Shown: positions 28,736 through 38,310 of the stretch, piece after piece | How the letters are laid out: each line of letters begins with the position of its first letter | Position numbering within the stretch: the stretch's first letter is position 1 | Assembly: GCA_025359685.1 (NCBI GenBank) | Contig: JANYEY010000092.1 | Span: 99 to 64,098, forward strand | Source of the DNA: Sphingomonadaceae bacterium | Lineage (GTDB): Bacteria; Pseudomonadota; Alphaproteobacteria; Sphingomonadales; Sphingomonadaceae | Reading direction: 5' to 3' | Length of the DNA: 64,000 nt | Position numbers and translations under genes: made by a program | The notes under the pieces: generated by a model | What the model was told of the DNA's origin: nothing | What the model saw: only the letters and a program-made list of their open reading frames with translations | The model's database searches: none

Positions 28736-29633
28736 CGGTACGGGTCAGGAACTGGTCGAGCGCGGCGTTGACCGCCTGGTGCTCTTCCCACTGCACAAAA
28801 TGGCCCGCGCCGGGCACCCGCACGATCGTCAGATCGTCGATCAGATCGTCCAGGCCGTCGAGGTTTTCAGGGGGCAGCGCGAGATCGTCCATCGCCCAGA
28901 CTACCAGCGTCGGGATGGTCTGCTGGGGCAGGGGGAAACGCTGCCAGTCTTCGGGCACTTCGAACGGCGCATCCATGTCGAGCACCGCGACCGGGCTGGC
29001 GCGGTACCAGTTGAGCATGGCGATGGCCGCCTCGCGGTTCTCGCAGTCGGCGAGCAGCGCGGCGCGTTCTTCCGGTTCCATCTTCGGGTTTTCGGCCGGT
29101 GCCCCGAAAGCCTTCAGCAGAACCCCGACCAGCCCGAACTGTTCGACCAGAGCATCGCTGGCCGGATCGCGGAAAATGCGGAAATACTGGCTCGCCTGGC
29201 GCTGCACTCGATTGGTGTAGAGCAGTTCAGGAAACAGCACCGGATGCGGGGCGTTGAGGATGACTGCACGAGGCACGCGGCCATTCATCTGCCCGGTAAT
29301 CGCCACGCCCCAGGCGATTGCGCCGCCCCAGTCGTGGCCGATCACGGTGAACCGATCAATCCTCAGCGCATCGGCCAGCAGAAACACATCGCCGATCATC
29401 TTGTCTGGCGTATAGTTCTCGATGCCCTTAGGCTTGGATGATCCGCGATAGCCGCGCTGGTCAGGCGCGATGCAGCGGTAACGATCCGAAAGGTGCGTGA
29501 TCTGGTGGCGCCAGGTGCGGTGACTATCCGGAAATCCGTGGAGGAAAATGAGCGCCGGGGCATCGCGCGGGCCGGCGTCGACCACGTCGAGCTCGATCCC
29601 GTTGGCCAGCTTGACCCGCACCTGCTCCATCAT
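28725..29633 (-). CDS. Alpha/beta hydrolase, epoxide hydrolase-like
   Basis: HGFP, DQRGY, GHDWG, NWYR, GHFVQ. Confidence 0.9.
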   Translation of the reverse strand: MMEQVRVKLANGIELDVVDAGPRDAPALIFLHGFPDSHRTWRHQITHLSDRYRCIAPDQRGYRGSSKPKGIENYTPDKMIGDVFLLADALRIDRFTVIGHDWGGAIAWGVAITGQMNGRVPRAVILNAPHPVLFPELLYTNRVQRQASQYFRIFRDPASDALVEQFGLVGVLLKAFGAPAENPKMEPEERAALLADCENREAAIAMLNWYRASPVAVLDMDAPFEVPEDWQRFPLPQQTIPTLVVWAMDDLALPPENLDGLDDLIDDLTIVRVPGAGHFVQWEEHQAVNAALDQFLTRTDGD

Positions 29634-30445
29634 TCGGCCCCATCGTTCATGCGCGCCACGTAGCCTGCGGCCATGAACGCGCCGATCTGGTCAAGCAGCG
29701 CGTCAGGGGTGCGGCGGGCTTCGCCCATCGTCTTTTCCGCGCCCTCGGCCACGATGATCTCGCGATTTCCGGCGAGCATCTCTTCCAGCATCTGCGCCAC
29801 TGCGACTGCGGGCTTGATCCCATTGTCGATCACCTTGTCACTGACCCCGCGCTTGCCGCCATCGGCGGTGAGCGCGTTGCGCGAAACATCGGTCGCGACC
29901 GATCCGGGGTAAATATTGTGAACCTGCAGCCCAAGATGAGCGACTTCGGCGCGCAGCGCATCGCCATATCCCGCGAGGCCGAACTTGGCCGCGCAATAGG
30001 CGGTGCGCATCGGCACCCCGACCTTGCCCGCGATGCTGGAAATCATCGCGATCCGCCCAGAGCCGCGCGCTACCATCAGCGGCAACACCGCCTGAGTCAG
30101 CGCGATCGGGGCGAGCAGGTCAATCGCGACGATTTGCTGGTAAACCGCAAAGTCGGTCTCCTGCGCCAAACTGCGCTGCGAAATTCCGGCATTGTTGACC
30201 AACAGGTCGATGCCGCCGGCCCAGCCCCAGGCTTGCTCGGCCGCCGGGCCGATTGCGGCGAAATCGGTCGTCTCGAACGGCAGCACCAGCGCTTGCGGGC
30301 AATCGGCCGCCACCGCATCGAGCGCCGCCACGTTGCGGCCCGAAAGCACCACCCGCGCGCCTTGCGCGGCAAGGCCTCGCGCCAGTGCTGCACCGATCCC
30401 CGATGATGCGCCGGTGATCCACGCGGCCTGTCCTGCAAATGTCAT
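29630..30445 (-). CDS. SDR family oxidoreductase
   Basis: TGASSGIG, NNAG, YCAAK. Confidence 0.95.
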   Translation of the reverse strand: MTFAGQAAWITGASSGIGAALARGLAAQGARVVLSGRNVAALDAVAADCPQALVLPFETTDFAAIGPAAEQAWGWAGGIDLLVNNAGISQRSLAQETDFAVYQQIVAIDLLAPIALTQAVLPLMVARGSGRIAMISSIAGKVGVPMRTAYCAAKFGLAGYGDALRAEVAHLGLQVHNIYPGSVATDVSRNALTADGGKRGVSDKVIDNGIKPAVAVAQMLEEMLAGNREIIVAEGAEKTMGEARRTPDALLDQIGAFMAAGYVARMNDGAE

Positions 30446-30469
30446 TCGTTGTTCTCCCGGAATGTATCT

Positions 30470-31351
30470 CTAATCGCTGTTGGTCAGCGGCACTTCGGGG
30501 ATCGGGATATATTCATCGCTATCCCCCGCCACGGTGCCGAAAGCGCCGCTGCGCCAGTCGCTCTTGGCCTGGTTGATCCGCTCGCGCGAGCTGGAGACGA
30601 AGTTCCACCAGACGTGGCGCGGCGTCTTGAACGCTTCACCGCCCAGCAGCATGACACGCCCGCCGAGCGTCGAGCCAAGCTTTGCCGCATAGCCCGGAGC
30701 GAGCACCACCAGCGAATAGAGTTCAAGCTCCGTCCCATCGATTGCCGCTTCGCCGCCAACCAGCATCACCGCACGTTCGTCGGCCTCGGCATCGATCGGG
30801 ATTGTCCCTCCGGGCGCTAGCACGATTTCGGCATAGATCGTCGCGGCGTGCTGGGTGGTCGGCGCGGTTCGTCCCCACAGCGAGCCCATGACCACCCGGG
30901 CCGAAACGCGATTGTCTTCGATCAGCGGCAAGTCGGCGAGACTTTCGAAGGCAGGCGCGATCTCTTCCTGGCCATCGGGCAGCGCAAGCCAGGTCTGCAT
31001 CCCGTAAAGGTGCGGTCCGTCGGCGCGCTCGGTTTGTGGTGAGCGCTCGGAATGGACGATACCGCGCCCGGCGGTCATGAGGTTGACCTGCCCCGGACGG
31101 ATGCTCGCGAACGAACCGATAGAGTCGCGGTGATCGATCGCGCCCTCGAACAACCACGTTACCGTGGCGAGCCCAATGTGCGGGTGCGGGCGGACGTCCA
31201 TCGCTTGTCCTGGCGGCAGGTGTGCCGGGCCGAACTGGTCGACGAAGATGAATGGTCCAACCATGATCCGCTGCGGTGAGGGCAAGGCGCGGCGCACCTG
31301 GAACGCGCCGAGATCGTGAGTTACCGGGTGGATGGTCGCTTCAATCGGCAT
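30470..31351 (-). CDS. Pirin family protein
   Basis: HPHIG, HRDS, MTAGRGIVHSE, WWNFV. Confidence 0.95.
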   Translation of the reverse strand: MPIEATIHPVTHDLGAFQVRRALPSPQRIMVGPFIFVDQFGPAHLPPGQAMDVRPHPHIGLATVTWLFEGAIDHRDSIGSFASIRPGQVNLMTAGRGIVHSERSPQTERADGPHLYGMQTWLALPDGQEEIAPAFESLADLPLIEDNRVSARVVMGSLWGRTAPTTQHAATIYAEIVLAPGGTIPIDAEADERAVMLVGGEAAIDGTELELYSLVVLAPGYAAKLGSTLGGRVMLLGGEAFKTPRHVWWNFVSSSRERINQAKSDWRSGAFGTVAGDSDEYIPIPEVPLTNSD

Positions 31352-31354
31352 GGC

Positions 31355-32128
31355 TCAACCCTTGCCGCCCTTGTCGGTTAGCTGCTTGGCTGCGGCCAGC
31401 AGTTCGGTCGGGAACATCGCGATGATGGTGGAGTTGTGTTCGACCCCGATCTCGCTCAGCGTCTGGAGGCGGCGCAATTCAAGCGCGCCGGGGACTTCGC
31501 CGATCGTCTTGGCGGCTTCGGCGAGCTTGGCCGAAGCCTCGTTCTCACCCTCGGCCTTGATGATCCGCGCGCGCTTTTCGCGGATCGCCTCGGCTTCGCG
31601 GGCGATCGCGCGCTGCATCTGTTCGGGAATGTCGAGGTCCTTGATCTCGACCGCATCAACCGCGACGCCCCATTGCTGGACCGTCGTGCCGAGCAGTTCG
31701 AGCAACCGCGCGTTGATCGAGGTGCGGTCCTTAAGGATCAGGTCGAGCTCGCTCTGGCCGATGGCATCGCGCAGGCCGGTTTCGGCGGCCTGAATCACCG
31801 CGCTGGTCCAGTCCATCACCGTGGTGACGACCTTGGCCGCATCGACCGCGCGGAACCACAATACCGCGTTGATCTTCACCGCCACGCCATCGCGGGTCAC
31901 GGTTTCCTGCGTCGCCAGCGCAAAGGTGATGACGCGCAGATCAATCTTTACCACCCGTTCGATCAGCGGGATCAGCCAGAACCAACCGGGGCCCTTGGTT
32001 TCCTTGAGCCGGCCGAGGCGAAATACTACCCCGCGCTGATATTCCTGATTGATGCCGAAGCTCTTGAGCGCGAGCAGCACCACGATGAAACCGATGAACA
32101 GGCCGAAACTTGAAAAAACTGCGGGCAT
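31355..32128 (-). CDS. SPFH/band 7 (slipin) protein
   Basis: N-terminal TM; RGVVFRLGR, AEAIREKRARIIKAEGE, ALELRRLQTL. Confidence 0.92.
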   Translation of the reverse strand: MPAVFSSFGLFIGFIVVLLALKSFGINQEYQRGVVFRLGRLKETKGPGWFWLIPLIERVVKIDLRVITFALATQETVTRDGVAVKINAVLWFRAVDAAKVVTTVMDWTSAVIQAAETGLRDAIGQSELDLILKDRTSINARLLELLGTTVQQWGVAVDAVEIKDLDIPEQMQRAIAREAEAIREKRARIIKAEGENEASAKLAEAAKTIGEVPGALELRRLQTLSEIGVEHNSTIIAMFPTELLAAAKQLTDKGGKG

Positions 32129-32137
32129 GGTAGCCTC

Positions 32138-32410
32138 CTATTCGCCCGGAGCCCGGGCCTTGATCGCGAGAGCATGGACGCGCTGGCCCGGAATGTCGCC
32201 CAGCTCGTGATTGATCCTGCGCTGGCGGTCCAGGCGTGATAGCCCGGCAAAGACGGTGCTTTCGATTTCGATGGTGAAATGGGATTCTCCCGAACCGTCA
32301 TCGCCCGCGTGTCCGCTATGGCGCGCACTGTCGTTGATCACGGCAAGCTGGGTCGGAGCAAAGGCCGCGTTGAGCAAGCGTTCGATTTCAAGGGCGAGCA
32401 AACCTGACAT
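32138..32410 (-). CDS. bolA: BolA family protein
   Basis: DSARHSGHAG, ESHF, RQR, VHAL. Confidence 0.93.
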   Translation of the reverse strand: MSGLLALEIERLLNAAFAPTQLAVINDSARHSGHAGDDGSGESHFTIEIESTVFAGLSRLDRQRRINHELGDIPGQRVHALAIKARAPGE

Positions 32411-32448
32411 TGGTTCCCTTCTAGACGATCAATCGCCATGTGGAAGGG

Positions 32449-33027
32449 GTGAAGCACGACCGATTCCATGGACGCAGCGCTGGTGCAGGGCGCGACTGCC
32501 AGGCGCCAGGCTGCCACGAAGCAGGAGAGTTCCGCGCCCCTGGGGAACGCACATCCGGGTTTGACGGGCCGGGCGATTACCGCTGGTACTGCCTTGATCA
32601 TGTTCGCGAATTCAACGCAGGGTATAATTGGTTTGCCGGCATGAGTCCTGACGAAATCCTTGCCGCGCAGCACCCGGTGCATGGCTGGGACCGGCAGGCC
32701 AGGGCCTTTTCGCCCGCCGCCGGGATCGATGCCGCGCCGCGCTGGGCTGATTTCTCTGACCCGCTAGAAGCGATCAGCGGCCGGGCACGGGCGCGCAAAC
32801 CGGCGCAGCGTGATGACGGGCGGCTGGTCACATCGCACGAGCGCACAGCATTGGCGACGCTGGGCCTACCGCTCGATGCGGACCGGCGGGCGCTACGGAT
32901 GCGCTACACCGACCTCGTCCGCACGCTCCACCCTGATCGCAACGGCGGCGACCGCAGTCATGAAGCGCGCCTTCAGTTGGTGGTGGAGGCTTATCAGCTG
33001 CTCAGGAAAGCCGCGGCGTTCGCTTGA
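32449..33027 (+). CDS. C-terminal J-domain protein with N-terminal Cys/His motif
   Basis: C-x4-C...CLDHVREFN; HPDRNGGD; divergent from bolA; GTG start. Confidence 0.9.
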   Translation: MKHDRFHGRSAGAGRDCQAPGCHEAGEFRAPGERTSGFDGPGDYRWYCLDHVREFNAGYNWFAGMSPDEILAAQHPVHGWDRQARAFSPAAGIDAAPRWADFSDPLEAISGRARARKPAQRDDGRLVTSHERTALATLGLPLDADRRALRMRYTDLVRTLHPDRNGGDRSHEARLQLVVEAYQLLRKAAAFA

Positions 33028-33460
33028 ACAAATAAAACATCGGCAGCCCGATCAGGAAGATATGCGGAAACAGGCCGAGCGCGACCCTGAACCGGTCAGG
33101 ATCGGGGAAGGGGATCCCGAAGCGCCGTGGCAGGACCAGTCCGTACATTACGAAATACAGCACCAGCCCGTACTGCGTTCCTGCCTTCCATGCCGCCACC
33201 TGACCCAGCATGGTGTTGCGCGCCAGCCACAGCCCGGTTCCAGCCATCACGGCCATCAGCGCGAAATGCACGGCCAGGCCCGCCAGCACGCCCAGCCGGC
33301 CCCAATCGAGGGCGCCATCCCCAAACGGACCCGAAGCGACGAACAGCCACACCTCCGCCAACTTGCCGCCGCGCACCACGGTCAGCATGATCGCCCACAG
33401 CGCATCGAGCACGCCACAGATAAGCCACGCCCAAAGCCAGACTTGGCGAGTTCCGCTCAC
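33002..33460 (-). CDS. Hypothetical membrane protein (about 4 TM)
   Basis: Hydrophobic helices; VASG, GLAVHF; GTGA overlap with the upstream gene. Confidence 0.75.
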   Translation of the reverse strand: MSGTRQVWLWAWLICGVLDALWAIMLTVVRGGKLAEVWLFVASGPFGDGALDWGRLGVLAGLAVHFALMAVMAGTGLWLARNTMLGQVAAWKAGTQYGLVLYFVMYGLVLPRRFGIPFPDPDRFRVALGLFPHIFLIGLPMFYLFKRTPRLS

Positions 33461-33897
33461 CCTGCTTCGCACAGCGCTTTGAACTGGTCGGCCATCACGC
33501 CCCAGCCTTCTTCAAAGCCCATTTCCTTGTGATGTGCCATGCTTTCGCGCGTCCAGTGCCGGGCGCGCCCGGTGTAGCGGGTGCCGCTGCTTTCGGGCGC
33601 GATTTCCCAGATGCCGAGCATGAACGGCCCGGACGGTTCAAGGTCACCGTCGATCGCATCGGTTACCGAAATGCGCCGCCCTTCATCCCAAGCGAGGATG
33701 AAGCCGGGATGTTCGTTCTTTTCGCCGTCTGGTCCGTACATCGTGGTGTGCGTCCTGCCGCCGGGAATGCGGGGCCCCCAGTTGACTTCGGCGCGCCACG
33801 GCTTGGGGCACCACCATTCGTTGGTGCGGGTCGTCATGACCTGCCAGACCTTGTCGGGCGCCGCATCGATCAGGCGGGTGACGGACAGTTCGTACAT
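33457..33897 (-). CDS. SRPBCC/AHSA1-like domain protein
   Basis: ELSVTRLIDAAPDKVW, WWCPKPW, HKEMGFEEGW. Confidence 0.88.
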   Translation of the reverse strand: MYELSVTRLIDAAPDKVWQVMTTRTNEWWCPKPWRAEVNWGPRIPGGRTHTTMYGPDGEKNEHPGFILAWDEGRRISVTDAIDGDLEPSGPFMLGIWEIAPESSGTRYTGRARHWTRESMAHHKEMGFEEGWGVMADQFKALCEAG

Positions 33898-33910
33898 TGC
33901 AGTGTTCTCC

Positions 33911-34564
33911 TCAATCCCGGTCGGGCGCGCCGAGCGGGAAGTAATGGCGGAATTGGCGGGCATCGTCGACACACCGCTTGACCGGCGGCAGGGCGAGCAG
34001 ATGCGCGCGGTATGCACGTAGGCGAGCGAATTGATCGGGGATCTGGTGGACCCAGTCGGCGTAGAACAGGCTGGGTGCCGCGGCGCATTCGATCAGCGTG
34101 ATCCGGCCGGTCATGGGGTATCTGGCGAGCCAGTTGTCGATCCAGGCATAGCTGCGATCGAGCTTCGCGGCGACCGCGGCGAGCACTTCGGGATCGGGGT
34201 TGCCGCAGGTGCGGATCGCTTCGAACACCGATTGCTGCATGATCCCCATCACATAATTGTCGAACAACCGATCGATCGTCCGCGTGCGGATTGCATCGGC
34301 TGGATCGTCCGGCAATAGCATGGCCGGGCCGCGATGGTGGAGGTGCAGGTATTCGATGATCGAACTCGCCTCAATCACTGTTTCAGCGCCGTCGACCAGC
34401 ACCGGGAACAGCCCTTGCGGACTGGCGGCGGCCACGAATGCGCCGTGGTCCGGATGATCCTGATCGAGCGCGCGAAATTCGAAGTGGGTGCCGTTCGCGT
34501 AAAGCGGGATCAGCGCCTTCCAGGTGTAGCTTGAGAACAGATGTCCATAGAGCGCCAGCATCAC
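33911..34564 (-). CDS. Glutathione S-transferase family protein
   Basis: HLFSSYTWK, FPVLVD, IEASSIIEYL, AAAPSLFYADW. Confidence 0.9.
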   Translation of the reverse strand: MMLALYGHLFSSYTWKALIPLYANGTHFEFRALDQDHPDHGAFVAAASPQGLFPVLVDGAETVIEASSIIEYLHLHHRGPAMLLPDDPADAIRTRTIDRLFDNYVMGIMQQSVFEAIRTCGNPDPEVLAAVAAKLDRSYAWIDNWLARYPMTGRITLIECAAAPSLFYADWVHQIPDQFARLRAYRAHLLALPPVKRCVDDARQFRHYFPLGAPDRD

Positions 34565-34612
34565 CAGGCTCCTTCTGCTATGCGGCGGCGGCGATCAAGT
34601 TCGGATTCGATC

Positions 34613-35107
34613 TTAGGCACCGGACTTGGCCGCGGCGACCGCCGCCTCGATCATGGCGACATCGATCTTCTTCATGGTCATCATCGCGCCGAACGCGGCC
34701 TGGGCGGTCGCGCCGCCTTCAGCCATGGCATCGGTCAGCGCGCGTGGGGTGATCTGCCAGCTGAGGCCCCACTTGTCCTTGCACCAGCCGCACTCGCTTT
34801 CGCTGCCGCCATTGCCGACGATGGCATTCCAGTAGCGATCGGTTTCTTCCTGGTTATCGGTCGCGATCTGGAACGAGAAAGCCTCGCTATGCTTGGCGTA
34901 GTCGCCGCCGTTAAGGCCCATGCAGGGAATGCCGCAGACGGTGAAATCGACCGTCAGGACACCGCCGGCCTTGCCCGCCGGATAGTCACCCGGCGCAGTG
35001 TGGATGGCCTTGACCTCGCTGTCCGGGAAGACGGCGGCATAGAAGCGCGCGGCTTCCTCGGCTTCCTTATCGTACCACAGGCACAGGGTGTTCTTGGCGG
35101 CGGTCAT
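34613..35107 (-). CDS. VOC family protein (PhnB / 3-dmu-9_3-mt type)
   Basis: CLWYD...AEEAARFY, LNGG, CGWCKDKWGLSWQI, MKKID. Confidence 0.92.
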   Translation of the reverse strand: MTAAKNTLCLWYDKEAEEAARFYAAVFPDSEVKAIHTAPGDYPAGKAGGVLTVDFTVCGIPCMGLNGGDYAKHSEAFSFQIATDNQEETDRYWNAIVGNGGSESECGWCKDKWGLSWQITPRALTDAMAEGGATAQAAFGAMMTMKKIDVAMIEAAVAAAKSGA

Positions 35108-35730
35108 TTCTTGGCATCCTGGATCAGCTGGTTATCGATCGCCTTGGCAGCCTTGTAGGCATCGCGCGCCTGGATCCGTTCGGCATAGGCAACGAAGCTC
35201 TCGCGCGGCGGGATCGATCCGAAATTGAGCCCCCAGTCAATCTGGCTCCCGACATAGACATCGGCCATCGTGAAGCGCGGGCCGCAGACGAAGTTATGAT
35301 TGCTGAAGTGGTCATCGAGCGTATCGAGCACGCGTTCTAAGCTGCCGAAGCCGACCATGCCCTCGCGCTCCTTGGGCACTTCCCAGCCCATCGAGCGGCC
35401 GACAATCGCTTGCTCGACCGGGCCTGCGGCAAAGAACATCCAGCGGTAATAGTCGGCCAACTCAGCATCGCTGGGGAGCAGTTTGCCCTCGGGCTCGACC
35501 TCGGCAAGGTAAGCGCAAATCGCCGCGCATTCGGTGATCACGCGTTCCCCGGTTTCGCTGCAGTGGATCAGCGTCGGGACCTTGCCCATCGTGTTGGCGG
35601 AAATCAGCTCAGCCGGTTTTTCCGCCCAGTCGACCAGCACCTGATCGTACTCGACCCCCGCTTCGTGCAGTGCCCAGCGCGCAATCTGACCGCGTGACAT
35701 CGGGTTGGTGAACAATGTGTAGTCGGCCAT
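35104..35730 (-). CDS. Glutathione S-transferase family protein
   Basis: NPMSRG, MGKVPTL, TECAAICAYLA, FTMADV. Confidence 0.92.
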   Translation of the reverse strand: MADYTLFTNPMSRGQIARWALHEAGVEYDQVLVDWAEKPAELISANTMGKVPTLIHCSETGERVITECAAICAYLAEVEPEGKLLPSDAELADYYRWMFFAAGPVEQAIVGRSMGWEVPKEREGMVGFGSLERVLDTLDDHFSNHNFVCGPRFTMADVYVGSQIDWGLNFGSIPPRESFVAYAERIQARDAYKAAKAIDNQLIQDAKK

Positions 35731-35752
35731 CGGGCACTCCTCGCAAAAATTA

Positions 35753-35767
35753 GAACATAACTAGAAC
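35753..35767 (-). promoter_or_regulatory. LexA (SOS) box, alphaproteobacterial type
   Basis: GTTC-TAGTTAT-GTTC (GTTC-N7-GTTC) about 22 nt upstream of the GST ATG in an AT-rich spacer. Confidence 0.8.
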
Positions 35768-35779
35768 ATAGTTAGAGAG

Positions 35780-36292
35780 TCAACGGCCCAGTGCCATCGC
35801 GATCCGATCCCGCAGGACCAGCCCGAGAAACCGTACCGGGAACTTCGAATAGGTCCTTATCTCGTCGGGGTAAGGCAGGTGACTGGTGCGGTATTTGGTC
35901 ATGTGGCGGAACTGGATCGGCGGCTGGTCGCCCGCAAAGCGGTTGCACAAGACCGAAACCCAATGCGGACCCTTGTCGAACGAGAGGAGCATCGCGGTGT
36001 TGCAGCAGCTCGCGACCATGCGGCTGGTGATAGTGTCGGCTCTTAATTTGTGCGGAACCAGCTTTTCAGCCCCGCGCACTACAACGAAGCGATTGGCCCG
36101 GAACAGGGTGAGCGCGGTACCGCCGTCCGGATCGAGGACCGGTGCTGCACCCGGCAATGCTTCGATCTGGAGCCCGGCTGCTTGGCAGTCATCGCAGTAG
36201 CATACAGCAGTGCTGATGGGCTTGCCTCGGCCTACGCATTCTACCGCGCCGCATGTGCAGCGCAGCAGATGCGTCGGTTCGGGCGCGCTCAC
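35780..36292 (-). CDS. GFA/Mss4-like Zn-binding protein (DUF6151-like)
   Basis: CTCG, CYCDDCQ, CCNT; GTGA overlap with the upstream gene. Confidence 0.8.
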   Translation of the reverse strand: MSAPEPTHLLRCTCGAVECVGRGKPISTAVCYCDDCQAAGLQIEALPGAAPVLDPDGGTALTLFRANRFVVVRGAEKLVPHKLRADTITSRMVASCCNTAMLLSFDKGPHWVSVLCNRFAGDQPPIQFRHMTKYRTSHLPYPDEIRTYSKFPVRFLGLVLRDRIAMALGR

Positions 36293-37080
36293 TTGTGCCC
36301 GGTCAGGCTGAATACTGCGCCTTGCGGATCGGTGCCCTGGATCACCCATAGATCGCCGGGAACCTGTTGCGGTCCTTTTATCACGGTGCCACCATTGGCG
36401 GTCACTGCGGCCAGCGCGGCGTCAATGCTGGTTACCCAGAAATAGGGCGCCCAGGCCGAAACCGGCACTTGCGGCGGCTTGCCCATGATCGCGCCGACCG
36501 TCACGCCGTCGTGCGCGATGAACTGGTATTTGCCCATCGGTCCCATGTCCATCGGTTCGGGCAGGGTCCAGCCGAATTGCCCGGTGTAGAAGGCGATGGC
36601 CTTGGCGGCATCGTCGGCCAACAGCTCGTTCCAGCCGCAATGGCCCGGATTTGGCAGCGCGGCGAAAGCAGTGCTTGTCCCGCCGCCGGGGGGCGGAGTG
36701 GGGGTCATGATGTAAAACGGGGCCCCGCAGCAATCGGCAACCAGTGCGACGCGGCCGGCCATCGCTACGTTCCAGGGTGGCATCAGGACTTTACCGCCTG
36801 CGGCCTCGATCGCCCGGGCGCTGGCATCGACATCGTCCACGCCGATGTAGCCAAGCCAGCACGGCTTTGCCCCGTGTTGCTGCATATCGGCGCTGAGCCG
36901 CAGTATGCCGCCAATCATCGCGCCGTCGGGCGCGGTGATGAAGCCGTAGTCGGTGTTGCTTGTCCCATGCCCGGTGGTCATCGCGCACCCGATCACCGCT
37001 TCGTAGAATGCCTTCGACCCTTCGGGATCGGGGCTCATCAGTTCGTACCAGATCCAGCTGCCTTGCAGGGTGCTCATCAT
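36289..37080 (-). CDS. Two-domain VOC (glyoxalase/bleomycin resistance) protein
   Basis: WYELMS...FY, WLGYIGVDDVD, WNEL, DPQGAVF. Confidence 0.92.
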   Translation of the reverse strand: MMSTLQGSWIWYELMSPDPEGSKAFYEAVIGCAMTTGHGTSNTDYGFITAPDGAMIGGILRLSADMQQHGAKPCWLGYIGVDDVDASARAIEAAGGKVLMPPWNVAMAGRVALVADCCGAPFYIMTPTPPPGGGTSTAFAALPNPGHCGWNELLADDAAKAIAFYTGQFGWTLPEPMDMGPMGKYQFIAHDGVTVGAIMGKPPQVPVSAWAPYFWVTSIDAALAAVTANGGTVIKGPQQVPGDLWVIQGTDPQGAVFSLTGHK

Positions 37081-37088
37081 CTCTCTCC

Positions 37089-37460
37089 TCAGGCTTTCAA
37101 ATCGACCACCGGGGTGAAGCCGCCAAAAATCATCCGCTTGCCATCGAATGGTGGCGTGTTCGTGGCCATGTCGATCCGCGGATCGGTGTTCGCCGGGTCC
37201 ATCATTTTGGCAAAGCAGGCATCGCGCGTCGCTTTGTCGGGCCATTCGATCCAGCTGAACGCCACGATTTCATCGGTCTCGGCTTTTACCGCCATGCGGA
37301 AATCGGTGACCTTGCCTTCGGGAACGTCATCGCCCCAGCATTCGACCACGCGGAGCGCGCCCTCTTCGATGAACATCCCATCGGCCATCCGGGCATGATC
37401 GATGAATTTCTGTTTGTTGGCGGTGGGAACCGCAATCACGAATCCGTCGATATAGCTCAT
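37089..37460 (-). CDS. DUF1428 (YbaA-like) protein
   Basis: MSYIDGFVIAVP, ECWGDDVP, FSWIEWP, PFDGKRMIFGGF. Confidence 0.92.
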   Translation of the reverse strand: MSYIDGFVIAVPTANKQKFIDHARMADGMFIEEGALRVVECWGDDVPEGKVTDFRMAVKAETDEIVAFSWIEWPDKATRDACFAKMMDPANTDPRIDMATNTPPFDGKRMIFGGFTPVVDLKA

Positions 37461-37462
37461 GG

Positions 37463-37858
37463 TCAAACTCCTTTGCGCAGGGGGATCAGCGCGCGCAGCG
37501 CGGGCAGGCGGCACCACAGTGCCGCCCAGACGACAATCCCAAGATAGACTCCGAACAGGGTGAAGCCGAGCAGGGGACTGCCAACCCGCAAATGGCTCGC
37601 CACCGCGCCGCCGAGGTAGCCGGTGAGCAGGATTGCCCCCAGCACGGCGGTGCGGGGAATGACGAACAGCGCCAGGCACAGTGCCAGGATCGCGCCCAGC
37701 ATCTGGTGAAACGCCGGATCGTTGGGCAGGCCCAGCGGCGGACTGTTGGCGATCATCATGGCGGGGGCAAATAGCTTGCCGCCCGCGTCCATCGCCAGGA
37801 ACAGCACGACCAGCCCGGTCAGCGCCAAGCCAGTGCGGCGCAGTGCGAGCTGGCTCAC
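37463..37858 (-). CDS. DoxX family membrane protein
   Basis: IPRTAVLGAILLTGYLGGAVASHLR. Confidence 0.88.
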   Translation of the reverse strand: MSQLALRRTGLALTGLVVLFLAMDAGGKLFAPAMMIANSPPLGLPNDPAFHQMLGAILALCLALFVIPRTAVLGAILLTGYLGGAVASHLRVGSPLLGFTLFGVYLGIVVWAALWCRLPALRALIPLRKGV

Positions 37859-38286
37859 GATGCTGCATCCGCCACGGCGGGTTCGCCAGCGGCGGCCGCC
37901 GGGTCCATCCAGAACGGTTCCCAGATGTGCCCGTCGGGATCGGCGATCGTGCGTTGGTACATGAAGCCGTGATCTTCAGATGGGTTCAGATCGACGCCGC
38001 CGCCGTGCGCCCCACCCGCTTCGACCAATCGGTCGACCTCGGCCCTGCTCTCGACAGTGATCGCGAGCGAAACTTCGCTCGATCCAGCCGGGCAGATCGG
38101 GCGGGTGGTAAAGCCCTGCCACTTGGCGTGGGTCAGCAGCATCACGTGGATCGTTTCGGACAGCACCATGCAGGCACCGCTTTGATCGCTGAACTGCGGA
38201 TTCTGGGTGAAACCCAGCGCTGCGTAGAATGCGATCGATTTGGCCAGATCGGTCACCGGCAGATTCACGAAAATCATCTGGGGCAT
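37855..38286 (-). CDS. VOC family protein (glyoxalase-like)
   Basis: MIFVNLPV...FY, DHGFMY, DPDGHIWE. Confidence 0.92.
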   Translation of the reverse strand: MPQMIFVNLPVTDLAKSIAFYAALGFTQNPQFSDQSGACMVLSETIHVMLLTHAKWQGFTTRPICPAGSSEVSLAITVESRAEVDRLVEAGGAHGGGVDLNPSEDHGFMYQRTIADPDGHIWEPFWMDPAAAAGEPAVADAAS

Positions 38287-38310
38287 GTGCCTTCTCCTTC
38301 GCCGAAATGG

